From an uncultured Clostridia bacterium (GTDB lineage Bacteria; Bacillota; Clostridia; Lachnospirales; CAG-274), in the NCBI GenBank assembly GCA_947627425.1, contig CANQVZ010000005.1, positions 6,117-70,116 of the forward strand: a stretch of DNA of 64,000 bases, in the 5' to 3' direction. The notes under the pieces are model-generated. The model was not told the DNA's origin. It was given only the letters and a program-made list of their open reading frames with translations, and made no database searches. Below are positions 46,645 to 61,055 of the stretch, one piece after another. The translations under genes were made by a program, and so were the position numbers. How positions within the stretch are numbered: position 1 is the stretch's first letter; each line of letters opens with the position of its first letter.

Positions 46645-47220
46645 TTATTTCACGGCAATGTTTGCGTAGCCCTCGGGCACCTTGCCGTTGAATATAGTAT
46701 TTACCAGCAGGAGCCGTCTGTTAATGTTCATTTCCTTTCCCTTGAAGGGCGTCACTATGGTGACGCTGCATTTTATGTTGAGCCATACCTGATAGGATAC
46801 CTGATTCACACCTGCCGATGTAAGCTCCGTTTCGTAGTCCGCCTGAGCGTCGCCTACAGACGAAATATGCAGAGGTATGTCGAAGCCCAGTCTTGAAAAC
46901 AGGGGCACGCCGCTGAAGGCTCCCGACGGCACGGTTATCTCGTGCTGCGAAAGCTCGTTCATTTTCTCCGAAAGCCTTGCCGTTATCCTGTTTGTGAGCT
47001 GATTTATGAGCAGAGAATCTATGTCTATATGGCTTAAATCCCGTCCCTCTATTTCCCTTGTGAAGTCGCTTGTCTTTATCTGCATTTCATCTATGACCAT
47101 GTCCACGGCGTCGCTTATCTCGCGGTTTATCTTTGTGACGGCGTATTTGCTGCACATATCGCTTATTATGGGCAGCACAAATCTGTTAAAAGCAAAAGCG
47201 GCAAAAACGACCGTAAACAT
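46645..47220 (-). CDS. yunB: Sporulation protein YunB
   Basis: The 191-aa ORF matches the YunB family layout. The true start may lie 12 codons upstream at a non-ATG codon (see findings). Confidence 0.75.
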   Translation of the reverse strand: MFTVVFAAFAFNRFVLPIISDMCSKYAVTKINREISDAVDMVIDEMQIKTSDFTREIEGRDLSHIDIDSLLINQLTNRITARLSEKMNELSQHEITVPSGAFSGVPLFSRLGFDIPLHISSVGDAQADYETELTSAGVNQVSYQVWLNIKCSVTIVTPFKGKEMNINRRLLLVNTIFNGKVPEGYANIAVK

Positions 47221-47399
47221 AAGTATTAATGCGGTTGTAAAAATTAGTTTTTTTATATGATCGTCTCCTTTTTTTCTTTTTTATAAAAATTTTTCTTTAT
47301 ATATTGTGATTTTTCTGATATAATCATATAAAGGGCAAGTTTATATTTATGCATTTATTTTGAATGCCGTTAAATATATATTTTAAGGAGGGGTGTAAT

Positions 47400-50300
47400 A
47401 TGAATCCACCTGACGAGAAAATTGGAGAGGATTTAGGGGGAACCAAGATCTTAAACAATACCCACTATGAAGAGGAGATAAAAAGGCGCAGCAGTGCCGT
47501 GGCTTCTGACAAAGAAGAGAGTGCCGAAAGACCCGTGCGCAGAAGACCGCCGCAGAACGGCAGACCGAGGTCGTCCGTAAAGACGGCAAAGCGCACAAAG
47601 GGCAAGGTGCGCCATAGCTCGGAGGGCGGAGTGCTCGCGCTTCTGGGACTTAAAAAGAAGAAAAAGAAGACGCATCCAAAGCGCAGACCACATACCGCGG
47701 GAGAGGCACGGCAAAGACCCGCCTCCGCTCACGGAGAGGGCAGAGCGTCAGCTTCGCTTATACCCGAAAAGAGGACGCCTTCGTCAGAGCATTCCGAGAG
47801 GAGACCGCAGGCTGACAGACCCGAAAGAAGGACACAGTCCGCAGTGTCGGAGAAAGCATCTGTGCCCGCTGCGGAGCATACCGATAAAAAGCCGTCGACA
47901 GCGCAGAGCGAAAGAAAAACGACTTCTGCGCCCGATATCAGGGACAAAAAGCAAGGTACGGCAGCTCAGCCCGAAGGCAACAGAGAACAGCGCAGAGAAA
48001 ACAAGCCTGCACCGAGCGGTGCGCCCGAAAACAGGGCAGACAAGAGCAAAGAAAGCAGCGCCAAGCAGATCGCGGCAGCAACGGAAAATGGGACAGGCAG
48101 TGCTCCCTCCGAGAGGAGAATGCCTCACAGCGCTTCTGCGCCCGTAAGGAGAACACAGCACGTTGCCGCTCCCAAGCTCAGGTCCAAGACGGAGCAGGAT
48201 AATTCAGAGCATCTCGGTCTGCATACGCAGGGACATAAGCATAAAAACAAGAATAAGGAAAAGTCAAAGCCATTTACTGTTTTCCTTACCGCAATGCTTA
48301 TGATAGCCATTATGATAGGCTTTGCGCTTTGCGGAGGTCTTGTCGGCGCATATGTGGGCATCATAAACAGTATACCCGAAATGGGTATCGTGAGCATAAA
48401 GCCGGGTACATATACCTCAATAATATATGATAACAACGGTAATGAAGTAAGCAAGCTCCACGGCGATGAGAACAGAGAATATGTCACTCTCGACCAGATA
48501 CCCAAAAATATGCAGCAGGCGGTCATCGCCATAGAGGACGAAAGATTTTACGAGCACAACGGCGTGGATATACAGGGCTTTGCAAGAGCTGCTTATTCCA
48601 CTCTCACGGGTAAGCAGATGCAGGGCGGTTCCACAATAACCCAGCAGCTCATAAAAAACAATGTCACAAAGGTAACGCACAATACGGTAAAGAGTAAAAT
48701 AAAGGAGCAGTATCTCGCTCTTAAATATGAGAAAGAGCTGAAGCAGGCGTACGGCTCGAAGGAGGAGGCAAAGAATTACATTCTTGAGCTTTATCTCAAT
48801 ACCATTGGTCTGGGACACGGCTACAGCGGTATAAAGACTGCCGCAGAGGGCTACTTCGGCAAGGAGCCGAGCCAGCTTACTTTGGCGGAATGCGCTTGTC
48901 TTGCGGGCATCACCAACAATCCCTCGCTTTATTCGCCGAGGTCGCAGCCCGAAAACAACAAGAGACGACAGACCATAATTCTCAACTATATGCTCTCTCA
49001 GGGCAGGATCACTCAGGAGGAGTACGATCAAGCCATAAACGAGGATATATATTCCAATATCAAAAAGACCGACACATCGAGCGGAGATGACGAAGCGGGC
49101 GATACGGTCATACATTCGTATTATGAGGATGCTCTTATATCGCAGATATCCGAGGATCTTCAGAATAAATACAACTGGTCTGTGGAGGAGGCAAACAATG
49201 TCATTTATAACGGCGGTCTCCAGATACAGTCAAATCTCGATCCCGCAATACAGAAGATAGTTGACGACGAGTACAATAACGATGCCAATTTCCCGCACGT
49301 GTACTACTGCATAGATATTGACTACAGAGTGTCCGTAGAGGATACCTCCACGGGAGAGCAGACTCACAGCCAATACAATCAGTTTGCACGCTCCGAGGAG
49401 GGCGCAAGAGGTTGGGTAGCCGATAAGAAGGCTTCTATTGAGGCAAGCCTCGGACCCAATCAGAAAATAGTTGCCGAGAAGGCTTATTACAACAAGCAGC
49501 CGCAGTCGGCAATGGCAATAATAGATTATCACACAGGCGAGATAAAGGCTATCGCGGGCGGACGAGGCGAAAAGAAGGTAAACAGAGCCTTCAACAGAGC
49601 TACGGATGCGGCAAGACAGCCCGGCTCCGTATTCAAGGTGCTTGCGGCTTACGCTCCGTCCATAGACCTCGGAAAGCTCAGCAACGCTTCGACTATAGTC
49701 GACGAGCCTTATACTACTGCCGACGGCTATACGCCCAAGAACTGGTACCAGGGCTACAGAGGTCCCGTAAATCCCAGAACGGGTATAAAGAACTCAATGA
49801 ATATAGTTGCGGTAAAGATAATGGTGGAGACGGGCATAGACCTCTGCTACAATTATCTTCTCAACTTCGGCTTTACCACGCTTGAAAATGACAACCATGC
49901 GGCGACCGCACTCGGCGGACTTACCAACGGCGTCACTCAGGTCGAGGTAGCCGCAGCCTTCGGAACCATAGCAAATTACGGACAGTATATAAAGCCCTGC
50001 TTCTATGACAAGGTGCTTGACCACGACGGCAATGTTCTCCTTGAAAACACTATGGAGAAAAAACAGGTGCTGAAGGAATCCACGGGCTATATACTTACCG
50101 AAATGATGAAGGATGTTATCAAATCCGGTACCGGTACAAAGGCATCCTTGGGCGCTATGCCCGTTGCAGGCAAGACGGGTACCACGACGGATTCAAAGGA
50201 TCTTACATTCGTAGGATATACGCCTTATTATGTGTGCAGTATATGGTTCGGCTACGACAGATATGACAACACGGTGAGAAACATGAACAATGTCAATCAG

Positions 50301-50891
50301 TCGCAGCATATGGTCGTATGGCGCGACGTTATGACAAAGATACATCAAAATCTTCCCGTAAAGGACTTCCAGATGCCGGATAGCGTTGTCAAGGCAACAG
50401 TCTGCAAGATATCGGGTCAGCTTGCCCGTTCGGGCTGCCCCGCAGTTACGGATTACTTTGACAAGGCATCGGTAAGCTCATACTGCTCGGGACACAAGGG
50501 CCACAGCGGTGTGGTATTCTCCGGCAATAATTATTATAACGGTTCGGGTTCATCCTCGGAAGGCTCGGGCAGCAGCTCGACACGGAAGAATTCAAGCAGT
50601 TCATCAAGCAGCTCTTCATCGAAGAAGAATACCGAAAGCAGCGATACCGATAATAGCGATGACGGCTCGTCATCGGCTAATGATACCGGCTCATCGGATA
50701 GCTCGGGCAGCGGCACAGATACCGCTCCCGCAGAACAGGCGCCCGCAGAACAGGCACCTGCTGAACAAGCACCCGCAGAGCAGGCACCCGCAGAACAGGC
50801 GCCCGCAGAGCCCGCTCCCGCTGCGGCAGAACCGGCTCCGGCTCCCGCTCCCGCGGATGCGGCTCCCGCCGAAGCCAACGCCGGCGCATAA
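47400..50891 (+). CDS. Class A penicillin-binding protein (GT51 transglycosylase plus transpeptidase) with a long disordered N-terminal extension and a low-complexity C-terminus
   Basis: GT51 motifs EDERFYEHNGVD and GGSTITQQL. Transpeptidase motifs SVFK and KTGTT. AAGGAGGGG RBS before the ATG at 47400. Confidence 0.9.
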   Translation: MNPPDEKIGEDLGGTKILNNTHYEEEIKRRSSAVASDKEESAERPVRRRPPQNGRPRSSVKTAKRTKGKVRHSSEGGVLALLGLKKKKKKTHPKRRPHTAGEARQRPASAHGEGRASASLIPEKRTPSSEHSERRPQADRPERRTQSAVSEKASVPAAEHTDKKPSTAQSERKTTSAPDIRDKKQGTAAQPEGNREQRRENKPAPSGAPENRADKSKESSAKQIAAATENGTGSAPSERRMPHSASAPVRRTQHVAAPKLRSKTEQDNSEHLGLHTQGHKHKNKNKEKSKPFTVFLTAMLMIAIMIGFALCGGLVGAYVGIINSIPEMGIVSIKPGTYTSIIYDNNGNEVSKLHGDENREYVTLDQIPKNMQQAVIAIEDERFYEHNGVDIQGFARAAYSTLTGKQMQGGSTITQQLIKNNVTKVTHNTVKSKIKEQYLALKYEKELKQAYGSKEEAKNYILELYLNTIGLGHGYSGIKTAAEGYFGKEPSQLTLAECACLAGITNNPSLYSPRSQPENNKRRQTIILNYMLSQGRITQEEYDQAINEDIYSNIKKTDTSSGDDEAGDTVIHSYYEDALISQISEDLQNKYNWSVEEANNVIYNGGLQIQSNLDPAIQKIVDDEYNNDANFPHVYYCIDIDYRVSVEDTSTGEQTHSQYNQFARSEEGARGWVADKKASIEASLGPNQKIVAEKAYYNKQPQSAMAIIDYHTGEIKAIAGGRGEKKVNRAFNRATDAARQPGSVFKVLAAYAPSIDLGKLSNASTIVDEPYTTADGYTPKNWYQGYRGPVNPRTGIKNSMNIVAVKIMVETGIDLCYNYLLNFGFTTLENDNHAATALGGLTNGVTQVEVAAAFGTIANYGQYIKPCFYDKVLDHDGNVLLENTMEKKQVLKESTGYILTEMMKDVIKSGTGTKASLGAMPVAGKTGTTTDSKDLTFVGYTPYYVCSIWFGYDRYDNTVRNMNNVNQSQHMVVWRDVMTKIHQNLPVKDFQMPDSVVKATVCKISGQLARSGCPAVTDYFDKASVSSYCSGHKGHSGVVFSGNNYYNGSGSSSEGSGSSSTRKNSSSSSSSSSSKKNTESSDTDNSDDGSSSANDTGSSDSSGSGTDTAPAEQAPAEQAPAEQAPAEQAPAEQAPAEPAPAAAEPAPAPAPADAAPAEANAGA
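50724..50888 (+). repeat. 15-nt in-frame tandem repeats (APAEQ, five copies, plus an Ala/Pro tail) at the PBP C-terminus
   Basis: GCxCCxGCAGAACAG units are repeated directly in the sequence. Confidence 0.8.
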
Positions 50892-50908
50892 TAGACACTA
50901 TAACTTAT

Positions 50909-50947
50909 CTGCCCATAGACGGTGCGCCGCCTGTGGGCAGTTTTTTT
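50909..50947 (+). terminator. Intrinsic terminator after the PBP gene
   Basis: CTGCCCA...TGGGCAG stem followed by TTTTTTT. Confidence 0.75.
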
Positions 50948-51000
50948 GATATCATAATAAATTTTTTACATAAATATATGGCAGTATGAATAAAAAACTA

Positions 51001-51029
51001 TTTACAATACAAGATTTTTTTGATAAAAT
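51001..51029 (+). promoter_or_regulatory. Putative promoter of the atp operon
   Basis: TTTACA, a 17-nt spacer, then TAAAAT. Confidence 0.45.
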
Positions 51030-51146
51030 TATATATATGGAAAAATACGGAAGGCTCAATGCTGTTTTGTTTGTATCGGGCGCATAAATTGTACGCCGAA
51101 AAGGATTTTATTTCCGATATGGGATATAATTATTTTAGGTGATCGT

Positions 51147-51437
51147 ATGAATAAGGATTCTACAAAGGCAATAGCTTTGTTTACACAGGTCGCGGTATCC
51201 ATGCTGGTGCCAATATTTATATGCTTTTTTGCGGGAAGGACCATAGACAGGCTTTTGGGCACGGAGGGTATTTTCCTTATCATACTGACCGTGCTTGGCA
51301 TACTGGCGGGCTTTCGCAGCGTATATATGCTGGTGCGCGGCTTTTACAAGGGAAAGGATACCTATATCGATATGAACAAAATAAAACATGAGCTTAGAGA
51401 TTCGGAGAGCGATGATGATGACGAAGGAAGTAATTAA
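51147..51437 (+). CDS. atpZ: AtpZ/AtpI family small membrane protein
   Basis: Two TM helices (FTQVAVSMLVPIFICFFAG and FLIILTVLGILAGF). It is the first gene of the atp operon. Confidence 0.7.
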   Translation: MNKDSTKAIALFTQVAVSMLVPIFICFFAGRTIDRLLGTEGIFLIILTVLGILAGFRSVYMLVRGFYKGKDTYIDMNKIKHELRDSESDDDDEGSN

Positions 51438-51801
51438 GACAAGGAACTCTCTCATGCTTATAACGGCGGTGCTCGGCATAGTCTGCATAGCCGTGGGCGC
51501 TTTTTTTGCGGAGAGCCTTATAAAATGGGCGCTTGGCATAGCCATAGGTGTGCTGATATGCATTTTCAGGATACTTTCTATGACAAGGAGCCTTTCAAAG
51601 GCGGCGGATATGCAGCCGGACGATGCAAAGAACTATGCGCGCGCGCAGTATATGTTCCGCTATATCATTACATTTGCCGCAGCGGCGGTGGTGTGCTATA
51701 TGGGGTTTGCAAGCCCCCTGGGTGTGATTGTTGGGCTGATATTATTGCAGCCTGCAGTATATATTTATAATTTCATTGACGGAAGAAAGACGCAGAGCTG
51801 A
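51412..51801 (+). CDS. atpI: ATP synthase subunit I
   Basis: Four-TM small protein preceding atpB. The start chosen is MMMTKEV. The track ORF begins at 51388. Confidence 0.7.
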   Translation: MMMTKEVIKTRNSLMLITAVLGIVCIAVGAFFAESLIKWALGIAIGVLICIFRILSMTRSLSKAADMQPDDAKNYARAQYMFRYIITFAAAAVVCYMGFASPLGVIVGLILLQPAVYIYNFIDGRKTQS

Positions 51802-51842
51802 ATTCCGTCTTAAAAATAATATGGAAAGGAGGAAATGCTGCT

Positions 51843-52616
51843 TTGGGACTTCATTTATTAGAGGTTAAGAGCTTAGTCGGTCATCTTATAGGCTGGAACA
51901 CCACTCCCGCCGAGGGGCTGGATGCCAATGCCAGAATAATTGAAAAGCTGCATTTTGGCTCGACCGAGGTATGGATAACGGAAACAGTGGTAAATACCTG
52001 GATATTTATGGCTGCACTTATAATCTTAGCTGTTATACTCAGAATTAAAATGAAGAATTACAAAAATAAGCCGAGCGGACTACAGAATGTCGTGGAGCTT
52101 GCCATAGAATATATGGACTCCTTTGTCAAAAGTGCCATGACGGAAAAATATGCCTATTTCGGCAACTGGTTTTTCGGTGTGTTCGTGCTTATACTGGTGA
52201 GCAATTTAAGCGGACTTTTAGGCTTCAGACCGCCTACGGCGGATCTCTGTACCACTGCCGCCATCACGTTTACCACCTTCTTTTTGATTCACTTCATGGG
52301 TATAAAAACAGGCAAAGGCGGTTACTTCAAGGGCTATCTTGAGCCGCTGCCGTTCCTGCTGCCCATCAATATCATAAGTGAGCTGGCAACGCCCATCTCA
52401 TTGAGTTTCCGTTTGTTCGGCAACATTCTGGGCGGTATGATAATCATGGCGATGGTCTACATGGCGCTTGGTTCGCTTCCGGGCATTGCCAAAATATTCA
52501 ACATCGGTGTACCGTCCGTTCTTCATGTCTACTTTGATGTGTTTGCGGGCTGTATACAGACAGTCATCTTCGTAATGCTGTCTATGACATTTATTAAGGA
52601 TAAAATTCCGGATTAG
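51843..52616 (+). CDS. atpB: F0F1 ATP synthase subunit a
   Basis: Conserved LSFRLFGNILGG motif. Confidence 0.92.
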   Translation: MGLHLLEVKSLVGHLIGWNTTPAEGLDANARIIEKLHFGSTEVWITETVVNTWIFMAALIILAVILRIKMKNYKNKPSGLQNVVELAIEYMDSFVKSAMTEKYAYFGNWFFGVFVLILVSNLSGLLGFRPPTADLCTTAAITFTTFFLIHFMGIKTGKGGYFKGYLEPLPFLLPINIISELATPISLSFRLFGNILGGMIIMAMVYMALGSLPGIAKIFNIGVPSVLHVYFDVFAGCIQTVIFVMLSMTFIKDKIPD

Positions 52617-52647
52617 TGCGCTGATCCGAAACCACAAATTTTATTAA

Positions 52648-52941
<294 letters not shown>

Positions 52942-52976
52942 TTTTTTAAAAATTTTGCCTGAAAGGAGGTCATAAG

Positions 52977-53482
52977 GTGGAAGGTTATGTTATAATGCTG
53001 GATCAGCAGACGCTTATACAGGTCGCTATTCAGATAATAAACACTTGCATATTGTGCTTTGCATTGTCAAAGCTTCTCTATAAGCCTGTCACTAATTTCC
53101 TCAATGCCAGAAAGGAAAGGATAGCCGAGCAGATAGACTCTGCGGAGGCAAGGCTCAGCGAGGCGGAGGCATTAAAGGCCGAATATGAGAACAAATTAAA
53201 GGATATTGAGACCGAAAAGAATTCTATTCTTGAAAAGGCTAGGGCTCAGGCTGACATAAACAGCAGACAGATAATTTCCGATGCCAGGACAGAGGCTGAA
53301 AATATCCATACCAGAGCAATGACTGATATAAAGAGAGAAGAAGAAAAAGCGAAGGACGAAATCAAAAAGCAGATCATCGAGGTTTCTTCACTGGTATCGG
53401 GCAAGTTTATTGCCGCAAAGATGACAGAGGAGGAGCAGAACAAGCTTGTTGATGACGCCATCTCGGGTTTGGAGGGTGTTGA

Positions 53483-53495
<13 letters not shown>
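52977..53495 (+). CDS. atpF: F0F1 ATP synthase subunit b
   Basis: N-terminal TM helix followed by a long charged helix. Operon position supports the call. Confidence 0.88.
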
Positions 53496-55557
<2,062 letters not shown>

Positions 55558-55569
55558 CGAGGTGATATT

Positions 55570-57847
<2,278 letters not shown>

Positions 57848-57861
57848 TAAGGGGTGATTTT

Positions 57862-58266
57862 ATGGCAAATAAGCTGTCCCTTAAAATTATAACGCCCACC
57901 CGCAATATGTTTGAGGGCGAGGTAGATATGGTAGTTATGAGGACCAAAAGCGGTGATGTGGGTATACTCCACGGTCATCAGCCTATGGTAACCATTCTGG
58001 ACTACGGCGTGCTCACTATCAAAAACGACGGCGAGGACAAACAGGCTGCCGTGCTCGGCGGCTTTGCGGAGATAAGCTCGGAGGGTATGTCCGTGCTTAC
58101 GGACGCCGCAGAGTGGTCAAACGAAATTGATGTTGTAAGAGCGGAGCAGGCTAAGGAAAGAGCGGAAGCAAGGCTTAAGACGGTTCAGGCAAACATAGAT
58201 GTTCAGAGAGCGGAGCTTTCTCTCAAGAGAGCGCTTGTAAGGCTCAGTCTGGGCGGAAGAAAATAA
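57862..58266 (+). CDS. atpC: F0F1 ATP synthase subunit epsilon
   Basis: 134 aa. It is the last gene of the operon. Confidence 0.92.
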   Translation: MANKLSLKIITPTRNMFEGEVDMVVMRTKSGDVGILHGHQPMVTILDYGVLTIKNDGEDKQAAVLGGFAEISSEGMSVLTDAAEWSNEIDVVRAEQAKERAEARLKTVQANIDVQRAELSLKRALVRLSLGGRK

Positions 58267-58278
58267 TAATATTTTTAA

Positions 58279-58316
58279 ATAAGAGCGGTGCGTTTTGTGA
58301 TACCGCTCTTATTTTA
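58279..58316 (+). terminator. Intrinsic terminator of the atp operon
   Basis: AAGAGCGGT-N12-ACCGCTCTT followed by ATTTTA. Confidence 0.75.
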
Positions 58317-58452
58317 TGCTTTTGTATAATTATGCATAAAATGCATAAAAATTGAAAAAATTTTCATTCATTTTGCTTTATTTCTTGACTGTACAGTAAA
58401 AATTTGGTATCATTACATTAAATAATTTATTAATATAAGGAGGAATTTTACA

Positions 58453-59268
58453 ATGAAGAAATTTTTAAGCTTGCTTCTTGCAGGTACAATGCTCTTTTCA
58501 ATGGCAGGCTGCGGCGCAGCTGAGGAGCCTGCTGCCGATAACGGCGCAGACGAGACTGCCGCAGAGGACAGCGCAGCTGTTGACACGGTTCAGGACGGTC
58601 TCCTCATCTGGGGTACAAACGCAGCTTTTGAGCCTTATGAGTACATGGAAGGCGATTCCGTTGTGGGTATCGACGCAGAGATAGCAGACGCTATCGCAGC
58701 AAAGCTTGGTCTCACGGCACAGGTAGAGAATATGGACTTTGACGCTATCGTTCCCGCAGTTACAACGGGCAAGGTAGATATCGGTCTTGCAGGCATGACA
58801 ATTGATGAGGACAGACTTAAGAATGTAAACTTCTCTACACCCTACGTTGAGGCAGGTCAGGCTATAATCGTAAAGGACGGCTCCGACATTGCTTCCGCTG
58901 CCGATCTTTCGGGCAAGGTAATAGGCGTTCAGAGAGGCACAACAGGTGACGAATATGTATCGGACGATGCAAACGGCGTAGGCGCAGCAAGCGTTGAGAG
59001 ATATGCAAACGGTCCCGACGCTGCTCAGGCTCTCCTTACTGATAAGATCGATGCCGTTGTTATAGACAACGAACCCGCTAAGAAGCTTGTTGCAAATGCA
59101 GACGGTCTTGTTAAGCTTGATGAAACTCTTACATCCGAGCAGTATGCCATAGCTGTAGCTAAGGACAACACAGCTCTTCTTGACGCTGTAAACAATGCCC
59201 TTGCAGAGTTAGAGGCAGACGGCACGCTTCAGACTATATTTGACAAGTATCTCAATACCGAGGAATAA
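58453..59268 (+). CDS. Polar amino acid ABC transporter substrate-binding lipoprotein (family 3)
   Basis: Lipobox FSMAGCG and the SBP_bac_3-like core. Confidence 0.85.
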   Translation: MKKFLSLLLAGTMLFSMAGCGAAEEPAADNGADETAAEDSAAVDTVQDGLLIWGTNAAFEPYEYMEGDSVVGIDAEIADAIAAKLGLTAQVENMDFDAIVPAVTTGKVDIGLAGMTIDEDRLKNVNFSTPYVEAGQAIIVKDGSDIASAADLSGKVIGVQRGTTGDEYVSDDANGVGAASVERYANGPDAAQALLTDKIDAVVIDNEPAKKLVANADGLVKLDETLTSEQYAIAVAKDNTALLDAVNNALAELEADGTLQTIFDKYLNTEE

Positions 59269-59333
59269 ATATAACCGTAGAATGATCCATATAAAAGGGT
59301 GTGCGCGTCACACCCTTATTTTGAGGTAAATTT

Positions 59334-60113
59334 ATGTTAGACACAATTTATAAAATACTTGCTTTTTTCACCTCCGACGCTACGGCTGACAGGTGGTTCG
59401 AGCAGATATACGACAATTTCATAAAGGACGACAGATGGACATGGCTCATGAAGGGTCTTTGGGTAACCATCCGTCTTACATTCTTCGCTTTTATTTTTGG
59501 CTTTCTTTTAGGTCTTATAATAGCCATCATAAGAGTAAGCCACGACAAAAGAGTTGTTATGCCCCGCCAGAGCTTTTTGCAGAGACTCGGAGGCATAATA
59601 CTGAGCATACTCAACACCATATGCAAGATATATCTCAATATCATTCAGGGCACGCCTACCATCGTGCAGATAATGATAATTTACTTTGTTATTCTTGCAA
59701 GCTCCACAAATAAGATAGGCGTTGCCATACTGGGCTTCACCATCAACTCCAGCGCATACGTTGCCGAGATAATAAGAGGCGGCATAAACGGCGTAGACCA
59801 AGGACAGATGGAGGCGGGCAGAAGTCTTGGTTTCGGCTACATACCCACAATGATATTCATTATCATACCGCAGGCATTAAAGAGTGCGCTCCCTGCACTT
59901 TGCAACGAGCTTGTAGTGCTTTTGAAGGAGACCTCCGTTGCCAGCATGGTAGCGCTTCAGGATCTTCTTGCTGCGGCTATGCTCATAAGGGGCAGAACGG
60001 CAAACGCCTTCCTTCCTCTTATTGCGGCTGCAATAATCTACTTTGTAATAGTTTCTATTTTAAGAGCTATTTCGGCAAGGCTTGAAAGGAGGCTGAACTC
60101 AGGTGACAGATAA
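59334..60113 (+). CDS. Amino acid ABC transporter permease (His/Glu/Gln/Arg/opine family)
   Basis: EAA-loop region [23 protein letters not shown]. Confidence 0.85.
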   Translation: MLDTIYKILAFFTSDATADRWFEQIYDNFIKDDRWTWLMKGLWVTIRLTFFAFIFGFLLGLIIAIIRVSHDKRVVMPRQSFLQRLGGIILSILNTICKIYLNIIQGTPTIVQIMIIYFVILASSTNKIGVAILGFTINSSAYVAEIIRGGINGVDQGQMEAGRSLGFGYIPTMIFIIIPQALKSALPALCNELVVLLKETSVASMVALQDLLAAAMLIRGRTANAFLPLIAAAIIYFVIVSILRAISARLERRLNSGDR

Positions 60114-60846
60114 TAAAACTCCTCTCATAAGAGTTGAAAATCTTACAAAAAAATTCAGCACAACTACCGCTTTGGACAATATAAGCAACAATATATACAA
60201 CGGCGAGGTGGTTGTTGTCATAGGGCCATCGGGTTCGGGCAAGTCCACTTTTTTAAGATGCCTCAATCTCCTTGAAGTGCCTACCGACGGCAGGATATAT
60301 TTTGAGGGTACGGACATAACGGATCCCCACAACAACATAAATAAGCACAGGCAGAAAATGGGTATGGTTTTCCAGCAGTTCAATCTTTTCCCGCATATGA
60401 CCATACTCAGAAACCTCACCATAGGTCCCATGAAGCTTCTCAAAAAGAGCAAGGAAGAAGCCGAGAAAAAGGCGTTGGAGCTTTTGGACAGAGTAGGACT
60501 TGCCGACAGAGCAGGCTCTTATCCCAATCAGCTTTCGGGCGGACAGAAGCAGAGAGTTGCCATAGTGCGTGCGCTCTGCATGGAGCCGGATGTTATGCTT
60601 TTTGACGAGCCTACCTCCGCACTTGACCCCGAAATGGTGGGCGAGGTGCTCGATGTTATGAAGATGCTTGCCAAAAACAATATGACAATGGTGGTCGTTA
60701 CTCACGAAATGGGCTTTGCCCGTGAGGTCGGCTCAAGAGTTATATTTATGGAAAAGGGCAAGATAATAGAAGAAAACGAGCCCAAGGAATTTTTTGAAAA
60801 TCCCAAGAGCGAAAGACTTAAGAACTTCCTCAATGTGGTGCTTTAG
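60103..60846 (+). CDS. Amino acid ABC transporter ATP-binding protein (GlnQ-like)
   Basis: Walker [10 protein letters not shown], signature LSGGQKQR, Walker [12 protein letters not shown]. Confidence 0.92.
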   Translation: MTDNKTPLIRVENLTKKFSTTTALDNISNNIYNGEVVVVIGPSGSGKSTFLRCLNLLEVPTDGRIYFEGTDITDPHNNINKHRQKMGMVFQQFNLFPHMTILRNLTIGPMKLLKKSKEEAEKKALELLDRVGLADRAGSYPNQLSGGQKQRVAIVRALCMEPDVMLFDEPTSALDPEMVGEVLDVMKMLAKNNMTMVVVTHEMGFAREVGSRVIFMEKGKIIEENEPKEFFENPKSERLKNFLNVVL

Positions 60847-60848
60847 TA

Positions 60849-60877
60849 TTGACAAATGCTTACAAAGCATTTATAAT
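60849..60877 (+). promoter_or_regulatory. Consensus sigma-A promoter of thiC
   Basis: TTGACA, a 17-nt spacer, then TATAAT. Confidence 0.65.
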
Positions 60878-60892
60878 AATTATAAATAATTA

Positions 60893-61007
60893 TATTGCAG
60901 GGGTACCTAATCATGGTTGAGAAACACCCTTTGAACCTGGCGGTTAATACCGTAGTAGGGAGCAAAAACGAATTTATGGCGTTCGGCTTTTGCCGAGCGC
61001 TTTTTTT
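60893..61007 (+). promoter_or_regulatory. TPP (THI-box) riboswitch with terminator expression platform
   Basis: The aptamer core is GGGGTACC...GGTTGAGAAACACCCTTTGAACCTGGCGGTTAATACCGTAGTAGGGAGC. The terminator is GCGTTCGGC-tttt-GCCGAGCGC followed by TTTTTTT (60979-61007). Confidence 0.85.
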
Positions 61008-61055
61008 AAGCAAAAGGTCAGTCCTGCATTTATCATTTCAAGCGGAGGTAAAAAT

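Noticed and set aside
50509-50949. Alternative-frame ORFs in the PBP 3' region: 146 aa on the plus strand and 114 aa and 73 aa on the minus strand
   Set aside because: They are produced by the GC-rich APAEQ/Ala-Pro repeat DNA and are read-through artefacts of low-complexity sequence.
58331-58349. Palindrome TTATGCAT-aaa-ATGCATAA and a nearby AATTTTCATTC (CodY-box-like) upstream of the amino acid ABC operon
   Set aside because: The palindrome is short and lies in AT-rich DNA. The CodY-box match is only about 11 of 15 by eye. This is insufficient to call a regulatory site.
60990-61055. Upstream extension of the thiC ORF ([10 protein letters not shown]...)
   Set aside because: It overlaps the riboswitch terminator and its U-tract. 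The GGAGGT RBS and the conserved ThiC N-terminus begin at 61056.
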